Positions 15,597 through 25,517 of a DNA stretch of 50,298 bases are shown piece by piece (position 1 is the first letter of the stretch; each line of letters opens with the position of its first letter). The translations under genes and the position numbers were made by a program. The DNA comes from a virus (lineage: Duplodnaviria; Caudoviricetes), in IMG/VR virus record IMGVR_UViG_3300019360_000017, positions 1 to 50,298 of that record; one strand, 5' to 3'. The notes beneath the pieces were generated by a model. The model was given only the letters and a program-made list of their open reading frames with translations, did no database searches and was not told the origin of the DNA.

Positions 15597-17978
15597 ATGG
15601 ATCTCACGCCGCCACTCACGCCCGCACCGGAGACCGGCGGCCCTTCGCCGCCCGGTCTCGATGATGCGATCGGTCAGGCGTTCGGTCGCGCGCCAGCCCT
15701 GATCCGGAGCACGCCGAACTACGACGATGACAGGGCGCTCTTGGCACTCTTCGACACCTGGAAACGCCAATGTCTCGATAGTCGCTGGGTGTTTGAACGG
15801 AGCTGGTGGCAAAAGCTCCTGTACGTCCTGGGCCGGCAGTGGATCTACTACGACCGACGTCGCGGGCAATGGCTCGACAAGCGGCTGCAACGCTGGATGC
15901 CGAGACCCGTCACCAACAAATGTAGCGAAGCCGTCGAGGCACTGCTCGCGTTGTTCTCAGCCGTCAAGTTGGGGACGCTCGCGCGGCCGATCGGCGGCGC
16001 CGTGGCGAACGTCGCCGCTGCGGAGGTCGCCGACGAAGTGCAGCCCTTCATCCACGACGAACACGCGATGGATGGCGTGCTGCGCGATGCGGACTTCTGG
16101 CTGATTGTCACCGGCAACAGTTTTCTGCATCCGTGCTGGGACAAGGACGCGGAGAGCGGGACGATCGTCGTGCCGTACGAGCGCTGTGTGACCTGTCAAC
16201 GCGTCTGGCCGCCGAGTCAGCTTGTCGGGCCGACCGCGCAGTGCCCCGGATGTGGCGCGACCACGTTCGAGCCGGCGCAGGCCGAGACGGGCGGCCCGAT
16301 CGCGGACACGCTGCACACGGGCCGCGGGCGGACCGATGCGGTATCGCCGTGGGAAATCGCGGTTCCGCCGATCTACACCGATTTCGAGACCACCCCGGTC
16401 GTCTTGCGGATGTCCTGGCGGCCGAAGCACTACTACGAACAACACTATCCGGATCTCGCGTCCACGCTGGCGTTTGAGAAGACGCCAAGCGAACGGTCGC
16501 TGCAACTGCTCCGCACCCTCGCGACGCAAAGCGATCTGTCCGCGATGCCGCTGAGTTTTCTCGCGGGCGGTGGTCAGGACAGCGAGACCAGCGGGCTCGC
16601 CGAGTACGAACTGTGGCTCAAGCCCACCCGTGACTATCCCGAAGGGCTCTATCTCCGTGTCGTGGGCGACGGCAGCGGTGCGCGCGTCCTGCGCGACGCC
16701 AGCGGCACATCACCGGGACCACTGCCGTATCAGACGCGCGACAATCGGCCCATCTTTCCCTGGCTCCACATTCCCTATCAGCCCGTGGGCGGGCGTCTGT
16801 GGGCACGCGGTCCCCTCGATCTCGCGGTGCAGAAGCAAGATCAGATCAACCAGCTTGACGCGTTGATCCAGATGATCGTGCAGCGCATGGCCAATCCCAT
16901 CTGGCTCGAACCGAAGGGCGCCGAAGTACGCAGTTTCACCGGGGAGCCCGGCCTTGTCGTGAAGTACAACGCACTCGCCGCGAGCGGCGCGAAACCGGAA
17001 CGGATTCCCGGTGAAAACGTCCCGCCCTCGCTTTTCCAGTTGCGCCAGCAATATCTCACGGATTTTGAACAACTCGTTGGCACCTACGATGTCATTAAAG
17101 GGGCGAAGCCGACCGGCGTGGAAGCCTTTTCCGCCCTGCAACTCTTGGTGGAACGATCGCAGTCGCGATTCGCGACGGTGCTCGCCGCGCGCGGGGAGGC
17201 GTATCGTCAGTGGTATCAAATCGCCCTCGAATTGGAGCGGCAGTACGGACCGACCGAGCGGATCGTGTCGGTCCTCTCACCCAATCGGGGCTGGACGTTC
17301 CGCCATTTCGAGAACGCCCAACTACAAGGCGCGATCGAGATCCGCGTCGAAGATGGATCGCAGGCCCCCAAGACGAATCTTGGCCGGCGCGCCGCGATCG
17401 AACAGGCAAACCAACTGCGCTTGATCGCGCCCGACGATCCTGAGCAGCGCTACACCATCCTGACCAGTCTCGGCCTGTCTGATCTCGTGCAAACGCTCGA
17501 CTACGATGTCAAAAGTGCGTTGCAGGAACAGGATGCGTTCGAGCAGTGGGCCGCGGCACGGCAGTTCGACGTGGCGCAGCTCCAGCAGATGTGGGCGATG
17601 CACACGCAACAGGTCATGCGCGCGCAACTCGCCGCCCAGCAGGCGACGCTGGTCGGTACGATGCCGGCGCCGCCACCGCCGCCGCCCGAGATGACGCCCT
17701 TTGCCGTGAAGCTCTATCACGAGCCGGCCGTGCATTTCGCCGAACACCGGAAGTGGGCGAACAGCGACAGCGCGCGCGAGATTTTTCAGGAGTTTCCGAT
17801 CCTCGAAACGTTCTTCACCGCGCATCTCCAACAGCATCAACAGATGATGCCCTCTGCGATGATGCCCGGCCCGCCGACGCAAGGTGGGGCGATGGAACGC
17901 TCGCTCGCCGAGAGCGGCAACGCGCGCGACGTGCCACGCGGCCAAGGTGAGGGCTGGCAAGGGCGCGGCCCTGAGTAG
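15597..17978 (+). CDS. Portal protein (P22-like) with CxxC-x15-CxxC insertion (793 aa)
   Basis: Position after terL; RPVTNK, D...VTGNSF, VSPWEI, QDQINQL, Gln-rich C-terminal barrel-like tail. Confidence 0.82.
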   Translation: MDLTPPLTPAPETGGPSPPGLDDAIGQAFGRAPALIRSTPNYDDDRALLALFDTWKRQCLDSRWVFERSWWQKLLYVLGRQWIYYDRRRGQWLDKRLQRWMPRPVTNKCSEAVEALLALFSAVKLGTLARPIGGAVANVAAAEVADEVQPFIHDEHAMDGVLRDADFWLIVTGNSFLHPCWDKDAESGTIVVPYERCVTCQRVWPPSQLVGPTAQCPGCGATTFEPAQAETGGPIADTLHTGRGRTDAVSPWEIAVPPIYTDFETTPVVLRMSWRPKHYYEQHYPDLASTLAFEKTPSERSLQLLRTLATQSDLSAMPLSFLAGGGQDSETSGLAEYELWLKPTRDYPEGLYLRVVGDGSGARVLRDASGTSPGPLPYQTRDNRPIFPWLHIPYQPVGGRLWARGPLDLAVQKQDQINQLDALIQMIVQRMANPIWLEPKGAEVRSFTGEPGLVVKYNALAASGAKPERIPGENVPPSLFQLRQQYLTDFEQLVGTYDVIKGAKPTGVEAFSALQLLVERSQSRFATVLAARGEAYRQWYQIALELERQYGPTERIVSVLSPNRGWTFRHFENAQLQGAIEIRVEDGSQAPKTNLGRRAAIEQANQLRLIAPDDPEQRYTILTSLGLSDLVQTLDYDVKSALQEQDAFEQWAAARQFDVAQLQQMWAMHTQQVMRAQLAAQQATLVGTMPAPPPPPPEMTPFAVKLYHEPAVHFAEHRKWANSDSAREIFQEFPILETFFTAHLQQHQQMMPSAMMPGPPTQGGAMERSLAESGNARDVPRGQGEGWQGRGPE

Positions 17979-18052
17979 TCGTTGACAAGAATCGCGCACG
18001 TCTGAGAACCGCCGCGCTTCAGTGATCGTTTCGCGCCGCTTACCGTCGCAGT

Positions 18053-18808
18053 ATGCACGACGACGGCAACGGCGCCCCTCTCGCACCGGGCGCTCCCGAC
18101 ACGCCTCCGACTCCCGAGCAGACGCCTCCCGCCTCACCGCCCGCGTCGCCCCCGCCGGTCGATCAGGCCGCGCGTCCATCGGTGGACTACGTCCCACGGC
18201 AGCACTTCGACGCGCTGCTGTCGCATGTGCAGGCGCTTCGCGATGAGGTCGCGCGGTCCCGCACGCCGAAACCCGCGCCCCCGCCGCCGGACGCCGAAGC
18301 CGACGCGATCCGGCAACAGTTCTTCAAGCTCTTTCCCGCGGCCGAAAAGTTGTTCGGTCTGCCCGTCGATCGCGTCGCGGAGTTGCTTGACCAAGCCCCG
18401 CATCTCAACGCGCAGGCCGAGCACTACTGGAGCACGTTCGGCGCACACATGCTCCGCTCGCTCGATGAGCGCGTGCGGCAGGCGTACGGGGGCGCCCCGG
18501 ACGCGAAGGCCCGGCGTTGGATCGAAGTCGGTTTTATTGATTGGGTTGAAAACGATCCCACGGCGAGGCAGCGCTACCTTGCGCAAGACCCGAGTCTCGT
18601 CTCGGACTACTGGACCTTCATCGACGGGACGGTGCTCGCGCCCGCTCGTCGCTCCGCGCTCGCGACCGAGCAGCAGCGCGCCACCAAGCGCGCCGCGCTT
18701 CCGTCCGCGGGGCCGAGGACGCAGCCGGTCGGCACGCCGCCCCCCACACCCAAAGACGAAGACGAACTGCATGCCGCGGCATGGGCGGCGCTTCAGGCGC
18801 AGCGGTAA
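18053..18808 (+). CDS. Capsid scaffolding protein, putative (251 aa)
   Basis: Between portal and capsid; Pro-rich ends, helical core, YVP...F motif. Confidence 0.65.
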   Translation: MHDDGNGAPLAPGAPDTPPTPEQTPPASPPASPPPVDQAARPSVDYVPRQHFDALLSHVQALRDEVARSRTPKPAPPPPDAEADAIRQQFFKLFPAAEKLFGLPVDRVAELLDQAPHLNAQAEHYWSTFGAHMLRSLDERVRQAYGGAPDAKARRWIEVGFIDWVENDPTARQRYLAQDPSLVSDYWTFIDGTVLAPARRSALATEQQRATKRAALPSAGPRTQPVGTPPPTPKDEDELHAAAWAALQAQR

Positions 18809-18817
18809 GGAGACCCC

Positions 18818-20128
18818 ATGCCCAGCCAAGGCGCGGACACCCAAACGATCGACGGGCTGCTCACGGACTACTACGAGGATTTCGTCTCGGAGAACGTCCA
18901 GAACCGGAATCCGGTCAAAGACCTCTTTCGTTTTCAGACCGCCGAGTTCGCCGGCCGTGAGGTGGTCTACAGCGCGCATGTGAGCCGCAACGTGTCGCCG
19001 ATGTTCGTTGGCGAAGACAGCGCATTCGCGGATGCCGGCGTGCAGGGGCACGTCCAGTTGCGGATTGGGCAGCGGAAGCTGATGTCGCGGATTCGCCTCA
19101 CCAGTGAGGCCATTCATGACTCGATGTCGTCCGAGGGCGCCTTCAAGCAGGCGCGCAAGGACGAGATGACGGCCATCATCAACGATCTGGCGCGCAAGCA
19201 GGAGTACGCGTTGTGCGCCGATGGACGCGGCGTGCTCGCGTTGGTCGCGACCGCGACGCCCACCGCGTCCAACATCCTGCCGCTCGACTCGCCCGGTGGG
19301 ATCGCCCACCCCGCGTTCGGGAATCGGTTCGTCCAGATCGGCATGTACGTCGGCTTCGTCAATCCCGCGACCGGGCAACTGCGGAGCGGCATCCGCAAAG
19401 TCGTCGGCGTGGCGGCCAACGGCAGCTCCATCACGCTCGACGCAGCGCCGGCCGCGGGGGTGCAGGACAACGATTACCTCGTTCAGAGTGCGAACGCCCA
19501 GGTCTCCGATGTGCTCGATACGTCCTATGAGCACGCGTTCTGGGGGCTCATAGCGTTGGTCGATGATGGCACCTATCGCAACAACTATTTTGGGGTCGAT
19601 CGCAGCGTGTACGGCGCGTTTCAGTCGTTCGTGAAGGCCGCCACTGGCGCGCTGTCGGTCGATGTGATTCAGCAGATCAGCGACGTCCTCGATCAGAAGC
19701 TCGGGGGGCGGATCGATCGCGCGATCTGTCATCACTCGACGCGTCGGCTCTACATCAATCTGCTCGCGCAAGATCGCCGCTACATCAACGGGCATGTCCT
19801 ACGACCCGATGGCGGGACCGCGGCCATCAAGCAACAGGACTTGACGGTCGGCGAAGTCCCGATCACGCCGATCAGGGATTTCCCCCTCGATATGCTGATG
19901 TTGCTCGACAAGGCCAACGCCGGCTGGGTCTGCTACGAATCAGAACCGGGCAAATGGGTGGATGAAGACGGCAGCATTCTCGTGCGTGTCGGATCGGGTT
20001 CGAGCGGACGTGACAGTTTCGAGGGGTGGTATCGCATGCGCAAGCAGTATCACTGCCGGTATCCGGGCTACAACGCGCGGATGGATGGCATCACCGGCCA
20101 GACGTTGATCGTCGTGCGTGCGGAATGA
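18818..20128 (+). CDS. Major capsid protein (436 aa)
   Basis: AAGGAG RBS; size, position and HK97-fold-like segment pattern (LLTDYYEDFV...RIRLTSEAI...FWGLIALVDD...NARMDGI). Confidence 0.85.
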   Translation: MPSQGADTQTIDGLLTDYYEDFVSENVQNRNPVKDLFRFQTAEFAGREVVYSAHVSRNVSPMFVGEDSAFADAGVQGHVQLRIGQRKLMSRIRLTSEAIHDSMSSEGAFKQARKDEMTAIINDLARKQEYALCADGRGVLALVATATPTASNILPLDSPGGIAHPAFGNRFVQIGMYVGFVNPATGQLRSGIRKVVGVAANGSSITLDAAPAAGVQDNDYLVQSANAQVSDVLDTSYEHAFWGLIALVDDGTYRNNYFGVDRSVYGAFQSFVKAATGALSVDVIQQISDVLDQKLGGRIDRAICHHSTRRLYINLLAQDRRYINGHVLRPDGGTAAIKQQDLTVGEVPITPIRDFPLDMLMLLDKANAGWVCYESEPGKWVDEDGSILVRVGSGSSGRDSFEGWYRMRKQYHCRYPGYNARMDGITGQTLIVVRAE

Positions 20129-20138
20129 GGAGGACACG

Positions 20139-20525
20139 ATGAACGCCCTCGTCCCGCTCGACTTCGTCACGATCGGCAATCGCACCTCGAAGCCGCTGAC
20201 CGTCGTGTACGACGGCCGTCAGTGGATGCTGCCGCCACATCCCGTGACGGTGTCGCTCCCGCGGATCGTCGCGGACGCGGCGTGCCGGCAGCATCCAGTC
20301 ATGGGCACTGAAGATCCGTACGATCCCCGTTCGTACGACCTGCTGGTCTACGTCAAGGAATGGGATCAGCCGAGCACGCCGATTGAGCAGAGCACGGCCA
20401 AGGAACGGCTGAATCGTGCGCTGCTGCCGGCGGACGTGCAGAAGACGCAGCTCGTGGAGCATGGCACGTCGCGCGTGCAGGCGGTCCGCGACGGGGATCC
20501 CGCCGCGAGGTTCACGAAGTCATGA
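20139..20525 (+). CDS. Hypothetical head-region protein (128 aa)
   Basis: GAGGAGG RBS; operon coupling. Confidence 0.7.
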   Translation: MNALVPLDFVTIGNRTSKPLTVVYDGRQWMLPPHPVTVSLPRIVADAACRQHPVMGTEDPYDPRSYDLLVYVKEWDQPSTPIEQSTAKERLNRALLPADVQKTQLVEHGTSRVQAVRDGDPAARFTKS

Positions 20526-21013
20526 GTGCGCCGCTTCCCGTGAACTGGTTGGGGCAACACAACCCCTGGAACCTGATGCCGCCGCCGACGTGGTGGCTGC
20601 TCAAGCTCTGGCACCACGATCCGGAGCTGCGCATCCTGCCGGGACTGACGCAGCCGGTCTATCGCATCGCCCGGCGCACCGCGGCGATGCAGCGCGTTCG
20701 GCCGGTCCTGGGACACGACTCGGAAACCGGCCGCATGTGCCGCGAGGGATGCATGCCCATCGTCTCGCTGCGGCCGACCTGTGCATGGAACGACGACCTG
20801 TTTCACTGGCTGGATGCCAGCGACGTGTGGGCGCGCGGCGGCCCCGAACGATTCTGCGATCAGATCGAACGAGCCGAAGGGGCGCGCGACGCACAACGAG
20901 ACCGCGCGGCCGATGACGAGTTGGATCAGCGCGGCGTCTCCGGCTACGCCGCCTTGAAGCTCCGCACCGGTCAGACGACCTTCGTGCATCAGCTCTCGTC
21001 AGGAGATGTGTAG
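20522..21013 (+). CDS. Hypothetical head-region protein (163 aa)
   Basis: ATGA overlap with previous gene. Confidence 0.7.
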   Translation: MSAPLPVNWLGQHNPWNLMPPPTWWLLKLWHHDPELRILPGLTQPVYRIARRTAAMQRVRPVLGHDSETGRMCREGCMPIVSLRPTCAWNDDLFHWLDASDVWARGGPERFCDQIERAEGARDAQRDRAADDELDQRGVSGYAALKLRTGQTTFVHQLSSGDV

Positions 21014-21469
21014 ATGGCCCTCGTGCTCCAGCCCGCTAACGCGGTGAAACAACGGTGTTACGCCGACACGCGCCGGCCGAAGATTCAGGCAGTGCTGAAA
21101 GCGTTCTTCATGTATCACGCGCAGCACAAGGGAAACCCCGATCTGGCCTTTATCGCCTTCGCGGATCTGGCGGCGAGTGTCGTGCTCGCGGACGCACCGT
21201 GCCGGATGTTTGGCGTGTATCTGCTGAAGCCGCCGACCTCGACGATCGCCGCCTACGTCAAGGGCAGCGACAGCGCGACGGCCGCGTCCGCGACGGCGCC
21301 CGAACTCTCGATCCGCCTGCCGGGGAATGTCGAGGAGCTGATCGTCGCATTCGACGGCCTTCCCATGACCGCAGGGTTCGCGGTGCGCTCGGATACGACG
21401 GCGGCCGGTACGACAGGATCCGCCGCGGCCGATCAACCGGACGGTTTCGTCTTGCTCGGCGCTCCGTAG
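21014..21469 (+). CDS. Putative virion structural/decoration protein (151 aa)
   Basis: AGGAG RBS; Ala/Thr/Gly beta-rich composition. Confidence 0.55.
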   Translation: MALVLQPANAVKQRCYADTRRPKIQAVLKAFFMYHAQHKGNPDLAFIAFADLAASVVLADAPCRMFGVYLLKPPTSTIAAYVKGSDSATAASATAPELSIRLPGNVEELIVAFDGLPMTAGFAVRSDTTAAGTTGSAAADQPDGFVLLGAP

Positions 21470-21495
21470 CTGCCGCCAGCGGCCACGGAGCACTG

Positions 21496-21544
21496 GACGA
21501 GGGCGCGCGGCGTTCTTGGACCCCTTCCGTCGCGCACCCTCGTC
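21496..21544 (+). terminator. Intergenic hairpin after head genes (attenuator/terminator-like)
   Basis: GACGAGGGCGCGCGGCG ... CGTCGCGCACCCTCGTC, 15/17 Watson-Crick pairs. Confidence 0.5.
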
Positions 21545-21566
21545 ACCTTCCCTCACGCATCCGACC

Positions 21567-21968
21567 ATGCAAGGCATCAGCAACCAGGAATATCGCACGA
21601 CGTATCAAGCGGCGTCCGCACGTCGCGTGCTGCTCGTCACTGATGCGCCAGCCGGCGAGGTGCTGATGCCCGGTCGGCCCGGTCACACGCTGTTTCTTTC
21701 GTATGCGTTCGTCTCCCTCACCGCCGCCGCGGCGGCCTCGATCCAGCTCGAAGACACCGCGGGCACGCCGGTCGTCCTCGCGGCGCTGCCGGCCAGTGCG
21801 CCGGTCGGCCCGCATGCGTGGACGTTCGGGGAAGAGGGCGTGGCGCTGACAGAAGGCGCGGGCCTCGCGCTCCGCGTGTCGGGCGCCGGGAACGCGGCCG
21901 TCATCGTCGCGCAGGGGTATTTCTTGCAGACGACCCCCTTGAGCATCGAGCAGTTCAGGACGGCGTAG
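21567..21968 (+). CDS. Putative virion structural protein, beta-sandwich-like (133 aa)
   Basis: Composition and position. Confidence 0.55.
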   Translation: MQGISNQEYRTTYQAASARRVLLVTDAPAGEVLMPGRPGHTLFLSYAFVSLTAAAAASIQLEDTAGTPVVLAALPASAPVGPHAWTFGEEGVALTEGAGLALRVSGAGNAAVIVAQGYFLQTTPLSIEQFRTA

Positions 21969-21970
21969 CC

Positions 21971-22672
21971 ATGCCGACGCCCCTACTGACCATCGTCGCG
22001 CGCGCGCGTCGTCATCTCAACGAGACGGCCGCGTTCTTCTGGTCCGACGACGAGCTGATGGACCATGCGATCGAAGGCTGTCAGGATCTCTGGAAGGCGC
22101 TCATCGACACCTTCGCGGATCACTTCCTCACCATCGACGAGACCAATGTCCGTCAACCGGCGAACGCCCTCGCCCTGGCGGGCGTGCCGGCGACGTGCTT
22201 CCGCGTCAAAGCGATCGAGGCGCGGGCGTTGAACGGTGATCGACGCCTGCACTACGTACCGCTCGACTGCACGCACCCACGATTTACGTCTGCCCGGCTC
22301 CAGCCGCCGATGGACGCGAGCGGCAGCGTGATCTATTACGACCTCATTGCCGCCGGGGCGCCCATTGCCGCGCCGACGATTCTGGTCGCACCGCGCTCCA
22401 CCGCGGACGTGCCGCTTCGCCTCTTCTACATCACGACGTTGGACCTCACGAGCGTGAGCGACAATCCGATCCCCGGTCACAGCGACAACGCGATCAAGGC
22501 GTGGATCGTGGCCTACGCGCGCGCCAAGGAGCGCGAGGACCGGTCACCGGATCCCGAATGGCTGGCGATCTACGCGACCGACAAGAAGAACCTGTTGCCT
22601 GTCGTGACGCCACGACAGGACGACGAGGACGACTACGCCGACGCGATCTTTGAACCGTGGTGGGAGGACTGA
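21971..22672 (+). CDS. Head-tail adaptor (T7 gp11-like) protein (233 aa)
   Basis: IVARARRHLNE...FWSDDELMDHAIEG N-terminal adaptor helix pattern; precedes nozzle. Confidence 0.7.
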   Translation: MPTPLLTIVARARRHLNETAAFFWSDDELMDHAIEGCQDLWKALIDTFADHFLTIDETNVRQPANALALAGVPATCFRVKAIEARALNGDRRLHYVPLDCTHPRFTSARLQPPMDASGSVIYYDLIAAGAPIAAPTILVAPRSTADVPLRLFYITTLDLTSVSDNPIPGHSDNAIKAWIVAYARAKEREDRSPDPEWLAIYATDKKNLLPVVTPRQDDEDDYADAIFEPWWED

Positions 22673-22675
22673 CGC

Positions 22676-22990
22676 ATGGGCGGCAAGCTCAACGCGTTCA
22701 CTTTGGGTGATAAGGGCGTGAACCTGACGGCCAGTCCGATCCATGTCGAGGACGGCGCCTGGGTCCACGCACAGAACGCGGTCGTCCGGACGCACGCAGG
22801 CGAGCACGCGATTGCGAAGCGGCCGGGCCTGACGGCCCTGACGACGAGCGCGATGGCGGGGGCCGTCGTGGCGATCGTCAACATCCCGTTTCCGTCGCCG
22901 AGTGGCGGCGGCTACCTCCTCGGAGGCGCGACGTCGGGAGCGGACCTCGACGAGCTCTTGACCTCTTCGCTGTTCGAGGGCGCCGCATGA
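22676..22990 (+). CDS. N-terminal segment of tail nozzle/stabilisation protein (T7 gp12/P22 gp10-like), 104 aa
   Basis: KGVN...P...AQNAV...G..AKRPG resembles the gp12 N-terminus (GGISQQP...N...G.L.KRPP); GGAGG RBS. Confidence 0.6.
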   Translation: MGGKLNAFTLGDKGVNLTASPIHVEDGAWVHAQNAVVRTHAGEHAIAKRPGLTALTTSAMAGAVVAIVNIPFPSPSGGGYLLGGATSGADLDELLTSSLFEGAA

Positions 22991-23922
22991 TCTCCGCGGT
23001 CATGCCCGTCCGGAATGCGGTGCCGCACGTGCGCCGCGCCCTGGACAGTTTGCTGGCGCAAACGGATCCGCTGGACGAGATCCTCCTCGTCGATGATCAC
23101 AGCACGGATGCGACGCGAGCCACGGTCCACGCATGGGCGAGTGATCGCGTCCGCATCCTGCCGAACGTCGGCGCCGGCATTGCGGAGGCGATGAATACCG
23201 GCGTCACGGCCGCGAGGGGCACGTGGCTGCTGTGGCAGGACGCCGACGACTGGTCGCATCCGGATCGGGTCCGCCGCCTGCGCGCGCATGTGGCGCAGCA
23301 CGCCGAAGTGGATGTCGTCGCGTCCGCCGCCGTCTTTGTCGGCGCAGATAGTCAGCCCATCGACACGCCGTGGACGCGCTATTGGCGGCGTGCGCACGAC
23401 TCGGTGCAATCGTCGCGGGCCATTCGGCGCGTGCTGCCGCTCATGTGTTGCTTGCTCCCGCCAACCATGTTGTGTCGGCGTGAGACATGGCTCGCCGTCG
23501 GCGGCTGTGATCCCGCATTCACCACGCCCGCCTACGATCTGCTGTTGCGCCTGCTGACGCAGGGCTGTGTCTTTGCGCAACTCGGGGAGCGACTCTATAC
23601 CTATCGCCTCCATGCGGATCAAACGACCGCGCGCGATCCAAACGGCCATCTCGCGGATCTGATCCACGCGAAGACCCGCTATCTGCGGCGAGTAGCGCCC
23701 AACGCCCGCACGGTGCGGCTGGCCGGCGCCAGCGTCGAAGTCCCCCGGTACGAAGCGGCTTGCCGACGTGTGGGCTGGACCGTCCTGACACCGTCCATCG
23801 ATCCCGCCGTTCCTCACATCCCCGATGCGGATGTCGTGATCGTCGTGGATCTCCGGTGGCTGCCACGCTGGGAATCGGTCCTCACGGCGCACCACCAAGA
23901 AGGCAACGCCTTTCTTCGCTGA
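22987..23922 (+). CDS. GT2-family glycosyltransferase (311 aa)
   Basis: ISAVMPVRN...LDSLLAQT...EILLVDDHSTD...G...AMNTG...WQDADD (DxD) ...YRLH. Confidence 0.92.
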   Translation: MISAVMPVRNAVPHVRRALDSLLAQTDPLDEILLVDDHSTDATRATVHAWASDRVRILPNVGAGIAEAMNTGVTAARGTWLLWQDADDWSHPDRVRRLRAHVAQHAEVDVVASAAVFVGADSQPIDTPWTRYWRRAHDSVQSSRAIRRVLPLMCCLLPPTMLCRRETWLAVGGCDPAFTTPAYDLLLRLLTQGCVFAQLGERLYTYRLHADQTTARDPNGHLADLIHAKTRYLRRVAPNARTVRLAGASVEVPRYEAACRRVGWTVLTPSIDPAVPHIPDADVVIVVDLRWLPRWESVLTAHHQEGNAFLR

Positions 23923-23924
23923 CC

Positions 23925-25517
23925 ATGCCGTACTCGTTGGTCCAAGCCGGCGATCGTCTGTATCGCATCAGCCCCGGAGGCGTGAAGACGGATGTGTCGC
24001 TCCCCGAGGGCGTGTTCGTCAATCCGTTGGTCCGCGCCCGATTCGCCGTGCTGGAACGTCAGATCGTCGGCGTCGGCGGCTTCACACGCAACATCGTCGT
24101 GGATGCGCAGGACGTGTCCGCACGCCCCCTGAGCATCGCCGGGCCGACCGCGGCTCCCACGCTCGCGGCGACGGGGACGGGCGATCTCCAGGGCACGTAT
24201 CGGTATCAGCTCTCGTTCGTCATCCTCGGCGTGGACGATCGCGTGTTGAGCGAGAGTCCGCTGTCACCCGTGGCCGGCCCGATCACCGTCGCCGGACGTC
24301 AGGTGTCACTCACGGCGTTGGAGACGTCACCCCTGGCCGGCGTCAACGCGCGGAGACTCTACCGCACCGCGGACGGGGGCACCGAGTATTTTCTCGCGGC
24401 CACCATTCCGGACAACACGAGCACGACGGTTGTCGATGGCGTGTCGGACTACGACCTGGCACTCCTCCCGGCCGCGGACGCGCTTGGCAACCCACCGGGC
24501 ACCGATGATCTAGACTCGTTCCGTCTCCTGATCGCCTGGAAGGATCGGCTGTGGGCCTCACCCGCCGTCGCGCCCGATGACGTGTGGTTCTCCGAGAATC
24601 GCCGCGTCTACGGCTGGTCCCCGGTCAATCGCCTGACGATCAAACCCGTGGGGCAAGATCAGATCGGCGTCACGGCGTTCATGGCCCGGCGCGACGACTT
24701 GCTAATCGGCAAGCGTCGATCGCTCTGGATGACGCGGGGATCCACACCGTCCACGATCCAAGTCATTCAGATCGCGGAGGCGCCCGGTCCCGTCTCGCAG
24801 GATGCGGCGCTGGTCGTCCACGACATCGCCTACTATCTCGCCGAGGACGGCGTCTACGAGGTGACCGGTGAAGGCATCCGCAGTCTGACCGACGACACGG
24901 TGCGGCCGTGGTTCACGACCGATGACTATTTTGAGCGGGCGTTCTTCCCGCTCGCATTCGCCACCTGGAATCCGGCGTACGACACCGTACAGTTCTATCT
25001 CGCGTCGGCCGGGAGCATGGGGATCGATCGCTGGATTGCGTATGACCGCCGCCGCCGTCATTGGCTCGGCCCCCACAAGACCGATCGGTTCGAGCCGACG
25101 TACGCCGGGGTGATGGACGATGCGGCCGAACGCCGGACCGTGGTCGTGGGTTCGTCTGAGGGCCATCTGTATCGCGAAGACGAGGCGAGCGCGCAGGACG
25201 ACGGCGTGCCCATCGATCTGGATCTCCTGACCGTCGCGCACCACGCGAACACGCCGGACATCGAGAAGTACTGGGGGGAACTCTCGGTGTTCACGCGGGA
25301 GGAAGCCCTCGGCTCGTTGGCGATCACGCCGCACGTGGGCGCCTTGCGGGCGCCGCCACAGCCAGCGATCGCGCACGACCTCACGCGGGGCCGTGTGCGT
25401 CATCGACGTTTGGGCACCGGCCGCGTCGCGCAACTCCGATTTCGCAACGCACAACTCGATGTGCCCACAGAACTCTACGGATACGAGATTCCCTATCACG
25501 AACTCGGAAGGCGCTGA
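23925..25517 (+). CDS. Remainder of tail nozzle protein: beta-propeller + C-terminal platform (530 aa)
   Basis: WKDRLW...VWFSE...GQDQIGVTAF...LLIGKR...YYLAEDGVY; C-terminus GRVAQLRF...LYGYEIPYHELGRR. Confidence 0.7.
   Translation: MPYSLVQAGDRLYRISPGGVKTDVSLPEGVFVNPLVRARFAVLERQIVGVGGFTRNIVVDAQDVSARPLSIAGPTAAPTLAATGTGDLQGTYRYQLSFVILGVDDRVLSESPLSPVAGPITVAGRQVSLTALETSPLAGVNARRLYRTADGGTEYFLAATIPDNTSTTVVDGVSDYDLALLPAADALGNPPGTDDLDSFRLLIAWKDRLWASPAVAPDDVWFSENRRVYGWSPVNRLTIKPVGQDQIGVTAFMARRDDLLIGKRRSLWMTRGSTPSTIQVIQIAEAPGPVSQDAALVVHDIAYYLAEDGVYEVTGEGIRSLTDDTVRPWFTTDDYFERAFFPLAFATWNPAYDTVQFYLASAGSMGIDRWIAYDRRRRHWLGPHKTDRFEPTYAGVMDDAAERRTVVVGSSEGHLYREDEASAQDDGVPIDLDLLTVAHHANTPDIEKYWGELSVFTREEALGSLAITPHVGALRAPPQPAIAHDLTRGRVRHRRLGTGRVAQLRFRNAQLDVPTELYGYEIPYHELGRR

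Noticed and set aside
18134-19795. Long antisense ORFs (this one, 2418-3530, 13690-14829, 42334-43557, 48358-49686 and similar)
   Set aside because: Shadow frames of high-GC genes with clear motifs on the other strand; Arg-rich, no recognisable domains
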